Origin: Candidatus Lokiarchaeum ossiferum
GTDB lineage: Archaea; Asgardarchaeota; Lokiarchaeia; Sigyniarchaeales; Promethearchaeaceae
Assembly: GCA_025839675.1 (NCBI GenBank)
Contig: CP104013.1
Coordinates: 5,460,001-5,492,000, forward strand
Length of the DNA stretch: 32,000 nucleotides
Direction of reading: 5' to 3'
The notes beneath the pieces were generated by a model. That model saw only the letters and a program-made list of their open reading frames with translations, was not told the DNA's origin and did not search any database. Position 1 is the stretch's first letter. The number at the start of each line of letters is the position of its first letter. Below, in pieces: positions 9,057-16,377 of the stretch. The translations under genes and the position numbers were made by a program.

Positions 9057-11711
9057 ATGGTCAAATTTAGCGGAATCTTTAAGTTAAAAAGCAAAATCTA
9101 TCTCCCAACCTTAATTGGGATTGTCCTCTCAGTTTCAATGTTTGCAGGATTAAACTTCTTTTTTGAAGCAAGTCAAAAAGCCAATTTTGATGAAGCTTTT
9201 TCCAACATATCCGATATTGAAGTATATCATAGCCATGAAATATGGTATGATGGAGGTAGGCATTGTTATCCGAACACGAAATTCAGTGAATTATTTACAG
9301 AAAATGATCAAAAAATTCAGTCACTAATGGAAAATTCAACTTTGAAGATTAAAGAATTTTCAAGATCGAGTTCTGTCATTTTTGACAGAGGATATTTAGT
9401 CTTAGATGAATATCAGCTTTATGGATGTCAAAATGCTACCGATGTTCTGGATTATTTTTTTTTGATGAACTCTACACTGTTAGGTGTTGAATCCTTTGAA
9501 TCAAGTTTTTATCAATCGGAGTATTTTTCGACTTATTTCAAGCTGATTGAGGGACATGTTCCTGAAAATTCATCCGAATATTTAATTGATTATATTACAG
9601 CTCTGAAATATGGTCTAACCGTTGGAGATATGAAAAATTTTACAATAAGAGAAGGAAATGTTTGGCGTAATCCTGATCCTACTATAAGAGTTGCTCCTCG
9701 GATGCTTGATTATTCCTTTGAAAATTTGTCTATATGCGGAATTTATTTGCCGAAGTATTACAAAGCCAAATTTAATCAAGAATTTTTTTCTTTCTCATAT
9801 AATTTTGAAGATTACCAAAATGGAAAAAAATATACTCAAGAATTTGTTGAAAAGCCCATTTTTTTTTGTTGGTCAAATTTTTCGAATCCTACTTGGGATA
9901 ATCCAGTGAATTCTTTAATTCAAGCAATGAAAAATAATTCTGCAAATCGTAATTGGAAAAATGGTCGTTTTTATTTAAATGGGGCAACAGGATCTGCCTA
10001 TATATATCTGTATGAACGTGATACTCTTAAATACAGGAATATTAATACTGATTCAAAACAAATTTATGTGCAGATGCGAAATATCTCGAGTAATTTACCT
10101 ATTCGTGTGGAAATCCGCAGTTACGTTGAATTTACAATGAGACAATTTTTATCCGAAATACAAGATTTTCGCACTAAACTATTTTTCATGAGTATTCCAA
10201 TGATATTTTGCGCGATTCTAGTGGGATCGAGTTTACAAAAATCGCTTGAAAAAAAACGACTTAATGAAATTTTCTTACTCAGATGTAAGGGTATGAGTAT
10301 TAGAAGTATAAATCTTCATATTTTTAAGGAAATATCTATTGTGATAATTTTTTCTTGGATTTTAAGTATTCTATGTGGTGTTTTGACATTTTATTTATAT
10401 TACTTATTCATGGGGAATATTTTTATCAAATCAACCTTTGAAGGTTTCTTAGTGCCTTACATTTCAGTAAATCCTTTAATCATCTCGTTAATCATATGTA
10501 CCTTTGAAGTATTAATTATTTATTTACCGTTGCGCAAAAAAATCAAGAATCAACATTTCAATGATCTGAATCAATCTTTAAATTCACCCTTCGCTGATTC
10601 TGAAGAATTTTTTGACAATGTACAACAAACCATTCAAGTAAGTATAAATAGAAGGAATCGTCTGAAGCAATTTTTTGTAAAAAGAGCACGAATAAAGAAG
10701 AAAATTAATTCCATGACTGGAGAAAATTCAACTAATTCCCAAAATTGGAAAGACGTTGACCTTTATTATGATCCTGAAGAATATCACTTCCGATTCAAAT
10801 CATTTCTTTTTAAGACAGTCTTAATCTTTGTTATTGCGATCTTCCCATTGTTTTTAATAAGTGTAACAATTCTCAGCTATTCTATGACGTTACCAGATAA
10901 TTATAGCGGATATATTACGTTTTGTAAGAAAAACCCATTTTTACTTGAAATTCTTTTGATGTGCTCGATGGTGTTAAATACGGTGGGGTTATCTCGAATT
11001 TTATTCCAAGATAATCCATCCTTATTTACACGATCTGTAAAATATTTCTCACATTTCATTGTAAAAGATTTTGACACGCTAATTTCAATGGAATTGATTG
11101 GCAAAAAAAAATGGTTAAATATTTTAATATTATTTTCAAGTTTTATTGGGCTCCTAGTTTTTACGAATTTCATTTATCAAAGTAATATTATTTACTCAAC
11201 TCTTATGCAAAATAATGGTAGGGTTCATTATTTTGTTGATTTAGAAGCGAATCAAAGTGTAGTGTTAACTTCTCTTGAATTTTATAACTTCTTCTTTAAG
11301 TTTTTAATTTCTTCAAGCCTCTTCATTTTAGTAGAGTCTGCGATTTTACAAATGCTTCTGTTCAAGGAAAATCATATTTTAAATCAAAGCTTGATGATGC
11401 GAGGTTTAACCACTTCAATTTTGTACAAAATCTTGTTTTTTGAATCTGCCATAATTTTCCTGTTTGGAACCATTATAGGGATTATAATTGGAATTGGTTT
11501 TGGGCTACTTGTATCTTTCAATAATTTCCTCAAATGGCAATGGGAATATTTCCAATATATGGATCATTCAATCGGATTTGGATCCATTATCCATCTTGAG
11601 GTAGGAAAAGTATTGTTAATTATTTTAACATTATTTTTCCTTAGTGTTTCACTCTTTTTTATCTATGTCATTAACCGGAAAAAGCTTACACCTCGTCCAA
11701 ATGAGTTATAA
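9057..11711 (+). CDS. Double FtsX-module integral membrane protein, paralogue 3
   Basis: 884 aa, collinear with paralogues 1 and 2. Shared motifs: KRLNEIFLLRCKGMS, HFNDLNQSLNSPFADSEE, ENHILNQSLMMRGLT, and the C-terminus INRKKLTPRPNEL. Confidence 0.75.
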   Translation: MVKFSGIFKLKSKIYLPTLIGIVLSVSMFAGLNFFFEASQKANFDEAFSNISDIEVYHSHEIWYDGGRHCYPNTKFSELFTENDQKIQSLMENSTLKIKEFSRSSSVIFDRGYLVLDEYQLYGCQNATDVLDYFFLMNSTLLGVESFESSFYQSEYFSTYFKLIEGHVPENSSEYLIDYITALKYGLTVGDMKNFTIREGNVWRNPDPTIRVAPRMLDYSFENLSICGIYLPKYYKAKFNQEFFSFSYNFEDYQNGKKYTQEFVEKPIFFCWSNFSNPTWDNPVNSLIQAMKNNSANRNWKNGRFYLNGATGSAYIYLYERDTLKYRNINTDSKQIYVQMRNISSNLPIRVEIRSYVEFTMRQFLSEIQDFRTKLFFMSIPMIFCAILVGSSLQKSLEKKRLNEIFLLRCKGMSIRSINLHIFKEISIVIIFSWILSILCGVLTFYLYYLFMGNIFIKSTFEGFLVPYISVNPLIISLIICTFEVLIIYLPLRKKIKNQHFNDLNQSLNSPFADSEEFFDNVQQTIQVSINRRNRLKQFFVKRARIKKKINSMTGENSTNSQNWKDVDLYYDPEEYHFRFKSFLFKTVLIFVIAIFPLFLISVTILSYSMTLPDNYSGYITFCKKNPFLLEILLMCSMVLNTVGLSRILFQDNPSLFTRSVKYFSHFIVKDFDTLISMELIGKKKWLNILILFSSFIGLLVFTNFIYQSNIIYSTLMQNNGRVHYFVDLEANQSVVLTSLEFYNFFFKFLISSSLFILVESAILQMLLFKENHILNQSLMMRGLTTSILYKILFFESAIIFLFGTIIGIIIGIGFGLLVSFNNFLKWQWEYFQYMDHSIGFGSIIHLEVGKVLLIILTLFFLSVSLFFIYVINRKKLTPRPNEL

Positions 11712-11980
11712 ACATTTTTCCCCATTTTTTCATTTCAATATCTAACCATATCAATGCTAAGGAGCAAAAAAATACCTAAATTTTAATTTCAAAAAGAGTT
11801 TTTCTTTTAATCATGTGAAATTTTTTAAATTCTCTCTCCTTCAGACCCACCGACTTCAATCTTGACTTTAGAATTCTAACTTGGTTAACAATTTGGATAT
11901 CAGTATTGAGTCTTGGTAAAATGCTGGGTCAGAATTACTTATCATTATCAAGGATTTGATAAATGAAAATAAAAGGATTT

Positions 11981-11991
11981 AAAAAAAAAAA
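11981..11991 (-). terminator. T11 tract (minus strand) 8 nt after the Rag-like GTPase stop
   Basis: The plus-strand A11 run at 11981-11991 reads as T11 on the gene strand immediately downstream of the stop at 11999. Confidence 0.5.
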
Positions 11992-11998
11992 CTCTGAA

Positions 11999-12988
11999 TT
12001 ACAAAATGCTTTTCAAAATTTTAATAAATGAAATAACTTCTTCTCGTTTAAAGGATCCAGTTCCTTTCTGCTTCATAAGCAAGATATAAAGAGGGTCTTG
12101 GGTTTTTTCAATATTAAATTGATCGATATAAAATTCATTATCACCCCGTTCCACTATCATTTCAGTTACACCTTCATCTTGCTTTTCCAAAGTATCACTT
12201 AGGGTTAAGAAATATGGCGTACTGTTTGCAAGAATTTGTTTTGAGGTATTGTCTGCAAAATGTTGTCCAATAACCAATGAATTGGAATCCAATACTATTG
12301 ATGCATTAGAATTGATCTTACCTGAAAATTCTTTAATCGTTTTATCTAAAAGTTCGGATTGGGGGTAAAGTTGGAGCAATATTTCACTAAAGACACTGAT
12401 AATCGACCATAGATCAAAGATCGTTGTTTCTGTAAAGGAAACATTAAATTCTTCATTAACAATTTTTCTAACGTTCTCTTTAATCTCAGAAATAAATCCC
12501 TTTAAGTGAACACCTTTTTCCTTGACATAATCTGGATCATTTTTATGGAAAAGGATGTAAATGAAAGGTTCAATATTCAAGGTTTTAAATTGTTTTATTA
12601 CATCAGCAAAATATGACAAAGATTCAGCAATACGTGGTTTATCTTGAACATCTATCATATAGATACACACCGAAGTATTATCGAAGTACTTAGTTGGTTC
12701 TTTCAAATACGCTATACGATATCTCTCCTGCCCCCCAAGATCCCATTCCGATATTTGTTTTCCTAAGTAATTGAAGATCGCTCGTTGGGCTTGTCGAGTT
12801 GGCTTTAGCATGGCAATTTGAGAAATCTCTCTCTGAAGTAGTTTGATTATTGTCGTTTTTCCTGAATTATCCAACCCTGTGAAAAGAATCTTTTCTTGTA
12901 CTTGGCGAATCTCTGATTGTTTTTGCTTCTCTTTCAGTGTTTCTCCTAAATCTTGAGCAAACTGTGCGTCTTCTTTATTATTTTTCAT
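11999..12988 (-). CDS. Rag/Gtr-like GTPase with C-terminal roadblock domain (full Rag architecture)
   Basis: G1 ILFTGLDNSGKTT, G3 WDLGGQERYR, G4 FHKNDPD, G5 TETTIFD. The segment TTIFDLWSIISVFSEILLQLYPQSELLDKTIKEFSGKINSNASIVLDSNSLVIGQHF aligns by eye with my recollection of human RagA: [56 protein letters not shown]. Confidence 0.8.
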   Translation of the reverse strand: MKNNKEDAQFAQDLGETLKEKQKQSEIRQVQEKILFTGLDNSGKTTIIKLLQREISQIAMLKPTRQAQRAIFNYLGKQISEWDLGGQERYRIAYLKEPTKYFDNTSVCIYMIDVQDKPRIAESLSYFADVIKQFKTLNIEPFIYILFHKNDPDYVKEKGVHLKGFISEIKENVRKIVNEEFNVSFTETTIFDLWSIISVFSEILLQLYPQSELLDKTIKEFSGKINSNASIVLDSNSLVIGQHFADNTSKQILANSTPYFLTLSDTLEKQDEGVTEMIVERGDNEFYIDQFNIEKTQDPLYILLMKQKGTGSFKREEVISFIKILKSIL

Positions 12989-13207
12989 TTAATTTTACAC
13001 CGATAAACTATTTTCTATTTTGAAGTATAGTTGATTTTTAGGAAATTTATTTCTATTGATTTTGATCATTTTTTTTAACAAATTTTCTAAGATGTGAGAA
13101 ATAAATGAGTAGAAATCAAATTAGAAGTTAATAAATACTCAACATAACTTTGAGTTAAAATCATTGTATAAATCACATTAGGAGAATTTAATATTTTACA
13201 ACCAAAT

Positions 13208-13744
13208 TTGAAGTTAATTTTAATGGGAAATCCATCTTCAGGTAAAAGTTCAATACTATATCGATTGTTTTCAAGAGAATTTCAATTGGCGTACATGCCT
13301 ACAATCGGAATGGATTATTATGAAAAATTTTTCTCAAAATATAATATTCTTGCTAATTGTCTCGATTTTGGAGGGATTGATGTGATTGATGTCATAAATT
13401 CTCCATTTTTTAAGGAAGTTGATGTTGTGTTATTTGTTTGCGATATATTTGATAACTACAATCAAAAAAGTTTTTTGAAATTATCTCATTCAATAAAAAA
13501 TCAGAATTCTCAAAAGGTGCACTTTATTATTGTTCGGAATAAATGCGATTTAAATCCTATAACAAATGGAGAATCTCAAAAAATCGACCGATTTTGTGGA
13601 GTTAATGAATTTAAATATATTCACTTATCAGCTAAAACTATGCAAAATTTTGATCTTCTAAAGAAAGCATTATTTTCATCTTTTTCAGACCAAAAAGAAC
13701 AAATTTCTTGTCTAAATTGTTCTACGATTTCAGATTACAATTAA
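13208..13744 (+). CDS. Ras/Rab-like small GTPase, catalytic Gln absent
   Basis: G1 LMGNPSSGKSS, switch I YMPTIGMDY, G3 LDFGGID (DxxG present, Gln replaced by Ile), G4 VRNKCDL, G5 LSAKT. The TTG start at 13208 is needed to encode beta-strand 1 (KLILMG). The next ATG would start inside the P-loop, and an in-frame TAA lies 37 nt upstream. Confidence 0.75.
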   Translation: MKLILMGNPSSGKSSILYRLFSREFQLAYMPTIGMDYYEKFFSKYNILANCLDFGGIDVIDVINSPFFKEVDVVLFVCDIFDNYNQKSFLKLSHSIKNQNSQKVHFIIVRNKCDLNPITNGESQKIDRFCGVNEFKYIHLSAKTMQNFDLLKKALFSSFSDQKEQISCLNCSTISDYN

Positions 13745-13751
13745 TCGGAGA

Positions 13752-14312
13752 TTATTTTGCTTTCCATGCACCGATATCATAAAGAGCTTTTACTATATCT
13801 GCTTCATGAAGAGCATCATCATACGCGCGGTGTTCTTCCATATAGTCCTTTTTATTTGGAAAGAAATACTCCCAAGCTTCTTGTACGCTAGGCCATTTAT
13901 ATTCATCATAAAATCCCGGAATTTTTAGCACCGGAGTGGCTTTAATCATGGGACAATCTAACTCTTTGTGTATTTTTATCCCTCTAGTTTGTAAAAAACC
14001 AAAATCAAACTGTTTATTATAAGCTGTGACTGGAAATTTTAAAAGAATTTTTTGAATTTTTGGTTTGACGCATTCCCATGTTGGACCATTTCTAACATCT
14101 TCTATTGTTAAAGAAGAATTCTGAAATACCCAAGCATTTTCTAATAATTTATCTTCATGCAGAAAGTCAAAATTCACTTCCCTGCATGTGGAATCGAATA
14201 GTTTTGATTTAAAATGTGACTTTAAATCGAGCAAACAAATTCCAATTTCTACAATTGTTCCTGTTTTTGGTGTTCTTCCTGTAGTTTCTATATCTAGTAC
14301 GGCTATTTTCAA
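13752..14312 (-). CDS. DEDDh 3'-5' exonuclease (DnaQ/RNase T superfamily)
   Basis: ExoI IAVLDIETTG, ExoII AYNKQFDFGFL, ExoIII HRAYDDALHEADI. Its ATG lies 1 nt after the stop of the upstream gene. Confidence 0.8.
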   Translation of the reverse strand: MKIAVLDIETTGRTPKTGTIVEIGICLLDLKSHFKSKLFDSTCREVNFDFLHEDKLLENAWVFQNSSLTIEDVRNGPTWECVKPKIQKILLKFPVTAYNKQFDFGFLQTRGIKIHKELDCPMIKATPVLKIPGFYDEYKWPSVQEAWEYFFPNKKDYMEEHRAYDDALHEADIVKALYDIGAWKAK

Positions 14313-14313
14313 T

Positions 14314-14841
14314 CTAAATCACTCTCATTAATTCAATTAGCTGTTCGACGGCCTTCTTCGGGGTTTTTGCTCCTTGAATTATTTCCTTTCTGCTTTCATC
14401 AATCCTTGTACCTGCCAATTTTTGAGACCAACCACCCGAAGTTGATAATGAAACAATTGGTTTTTTTAATCGCCAAGCAAAAGCAATTTCGCTTAGGGTT
14501 CCAGCTCCTCCGGATAAAGTTATTATTCCATCTGCGCTAGAAACCAATATAAAATTTCTTGCTTCTCCAATTCCACTTGGTATGATCAAATCTACATATT
14601 TATTTGCCTGAGATTTTTCATAGCCTGGCAAAATTCCAATTGTAAACCCTTTTTGAGATTTTACTCCTTTACAAACAGCCTCCATAGTTCCTCCCAAGCC
14701 TCCACATATGAGAATGTATTGTTTTTTTGCGATTTCTTGACCTAATTGTTCTGCTAGGTGATAATTCTCTTCAGAAATATTCGATGCTCCACAAACTGCA
14801 ATTACTCCATTATAGGATTGAAAAGATGGGATATTGATCAT
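14314..14841 (-). CDS. TIGR00725 / LOG (SLOG, lysine-decarboxylase-like) family protein
   Basis: IAVCGAS..., ICGGLGGTMEAVCKG, and the PGGxGTxxE-type motif LSGGAGTLSEIAFAW. Size is 175 aa. Confidence 0.8.
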   Translation of the reverse strand: MINIPSFQSYNGVIAVCGASNISEENYHLAEQLGQEIAKKQYILICGGLGGTMEAVCKGVKSQKGFTIGILPGYEKSQANKYVDLIIPSGIGEARNFILVSSADGIITLSGGAGTLSEIAFAWRLKKPIVSLSTSGGWSQKLAGTRIDESRKEIIQGAKTPKKAVEQLIELMRVI

Positions 14842-15059
14842 ACTTTTTTTTCTCGATTCTATATGTAATATATTTAAATGATTTTAAAAAATTCATCTAA
14901 AATATTTCTAAAATAATTTTAAATATACGACTATTTCAATCGAATTGAATTAGTTCTTTTGATATATTAAATTTATAAGGAAATTATCCATATATCTTGA
15001 GTTTAAAATGGTTTAATTTTCATTAATAAAATTCATTGTGGTAATATTAGCTGATTAAA

Positions 15060-16355
15060 ATGGCGAAAAAGAAATCCAGTAAAAAGAAAGCGTCTTCATC
15101 TTCGAAGAAATCGACCGTCAAAAAGAAACCTGTTCCAAAAGCAAAAAAAACTTCCAAATCTAAAGCTGAACTAGAAGCAAAGAAGAAAGCTGAACTTGAA
15201 GCGAAGAAGAAAGCTGAACTTGAAGCGAAGAAGAAAGCTGAACTTGAAGCAAAGAAGAAAGCTGAACTTGAAGCGAAGAAGAAAGCTGAACTTGAAGCGA
15301 AGAAGAAAGCTGAACTTGAAGCGAAGAAGAAAGCTGAACTTGAAGCAAAGAAGAAAGCTGAACTTGAAGCAAAGAAGAAAGCTGAACTTGAAGCAAAGAA
15401 GAAAGCTGAACTTGAAGCGAAGAAGAAAGCTGAACTTGAAGCAAAGAAGAAAGCTGAACTTGAAGCAAAGAAGAAAGCTGAACTTGAAGCAAAGAAGAAA
15501 GCTGAACTTGAAGCGAAGAAGAAAGCTGAACTTGAAGCAAAGAAGAAAGCTGAACTTGAAGCGAAGAAGAAAGCTGAACTTGAAGCAAAGAAGAAAGCTG
15601 AACTTGAAGCGAAGGAGAAAGCTGAACTTGAAGCGAAGGAGAAAGCTGAACTTGAAGCGAAGGAGAAAGCTGAACTTGAAGCGAAGGAGAAAGCTGAACT
15701 TGAAGCTGTCGCTTCAAAACAAGATAAAGAGAATAAAGGTGTTGATAAAATGGGTCAATATAAAGAAAAAGAAGAAAAACAAGAATATACTACTAATGTT
15801 ATTGTGAATTCTGAGGATTTGACTACAGAATTCTTAACTGATTGGAGATGGCATGTTACCATACCTTTCCATGAAATTAACGAAGAAGTTGCCTTATTAG
15901 AAACTAAAGGTGATAGATTAAGCGAATATATTATTCAAAGTCTTAAAATGCACGCTTTCAGTGGTTATAATAAAATTGGATATTTCCCTGAAGATACTCA
16001 TGCTATATTGTGGAATGAAAAAGAAAATCTTTTCTCTTTAATTCTAACAAAGGATTATGAAATTATAGACAAAAATTATGACATAAATAAATGCCACATC
16101 TTTATGGATGAAGAAAACATGAATGAATTTATCAAATCTCAAAAGACAAAGAAGAAAATTGTCCATAAAAGTGAACGTACATTAGGATTACGAGAAAAAG
16201 AAGCCTATGATCTAGCAGATTATATAAAAACACTACCGAATATCATATATGGTCGTAATGATCTGGATTTAACCGAAGATGAGCGTTTTGCAATTAAAAT
16301 CTTGATAACAAAATTGCGTCCAAAGATACTAGGGTTGTATCATTTAATTGATTAA
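15060..16355 (+). CDS. Repeat protein: polybasic N-tail, (KAELEAKK)x22.7 ER/K-type helical spacer, about 190-aa unique C-terminal domain
   Basis: 431-aa ORF. N-terminus: MAKKKSSKKKASSSSKKSTVKKKPVPKAKKTSKSK. Then 181 aa of an exact 8-residue repeat, followed by the non-repetitive WRWHVTIPFHEINEE...LSEYIIQSLKMHAF...KIGYFPEDTHAILWNEKENLFSLILTKDY.... The downstream gene starts about 20 nt later on the same strand. Confidence 0.8.
   Translation: MAKKKSSKKKASSSSKKSTVKKKPVPKAKKTSKSKAELEAKKKAELEAKKKAELEAKKKAELEAKKKAELEAKKKAELEAKKKAELEAKKKAELEAKKKAELEAKKKAELEAKKKAELEAKKKAELEAKKKAELEAKKKAELEAKKKAELEAKKKAELEAKKKAELEAKKKAELEAKKKAELEAKEKAELEAKEKAELEAKEKAELEAKEKAELEAVASKQDKENKGVDKMGQYKEKEEKQEYTTNVIVNSEDLTTEFLTDWRWHVTIPFHEINEEVALLETKGDRLSEYIIQSLKMHAFSGYNKIGYFPEDTHAILWNEKENLFSLILTKDYEIIDKNYDINKCHIFMDEENMNEFIKSQKTKKKIVHKSERTLGLREKEAYDLADYIKTLPNIIYGRNDLDLTEDERFAIKILITKLRPKILGLYHLID
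15162..15706 (+). repeat. 24-bp perfect-phase tandem repeat, 22 full units plus a 17-nt partial (consensus aaagctgaacttgaagcRaagRag)
   Basis: Counted unit by unit. Variable positions are only nt 12 (a in unit 1), nt 18 (gca/gcg, synonymous; pattern a g g a g g g a a a g a a a g a g a g g g g) and nt 22 (aag to gag, K to E, in units 19-22 only). The repeat is in frame with the CDS at 15060. Confidence 0.97.
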
Positions 16356-16377
16356 TTTTTTTTAAAAACTAAATTTG

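Noticed and set aside
3323-11711. Three similar 2.65-kb genes as an assembly duplication artefact or very recent segmental duplication.
   Set aside because: The copies differ extensively at nucleotide level, including indels in the ectodomain and linker, and have unrelated intergenic spacers. They are old, diverged paralogues.
11712-11998. Search of the larger intergenic gaps (11712-11998, 12989-13207, 14842-15059, 20472-20715, 5969-6222) for tRNA, small RNA or hidden small genes.
   Set aside because: All are extremely AT-rich, without GC-rich stems or cloverleaf-compatible segments. No convincing ORF with start context was seen. They are best read as promoter and terminator regions.
13709-13720. 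C-terminal CLNC in the Ras/Rab-like GTPase as a Rab-style prenylation motif.
   Set aside because: The cysteines are followed by seven more residues (STISDYN) rather than sitting at the extreme C-terminus as in CC, CXC or CAAX boxes. The resemblance is probably coincidental.
15162-15706. CRISPR array or non-coding satellite interpretation of the tandem repeat.
   Set aside because: The units are directly abutting with no spacers. They are 24 bp, in frame, sit inside a long ORF, and vary almost only at synonymous sites. This is a coding minisatellite, not a CRISPR array.
15160-15807. Long ORFs in other frames or on the other strand of the 24-bp repeat (185 aa QVQLSS... on minus; 203 aa KRRRKLNL... 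on plus).
   Set aside because: These are artefacts of a stop-free periodic sequence. Only the frame starting at 15060 connects to non-repetitive N- and C-terminal domains and to a start codon with upstream context.
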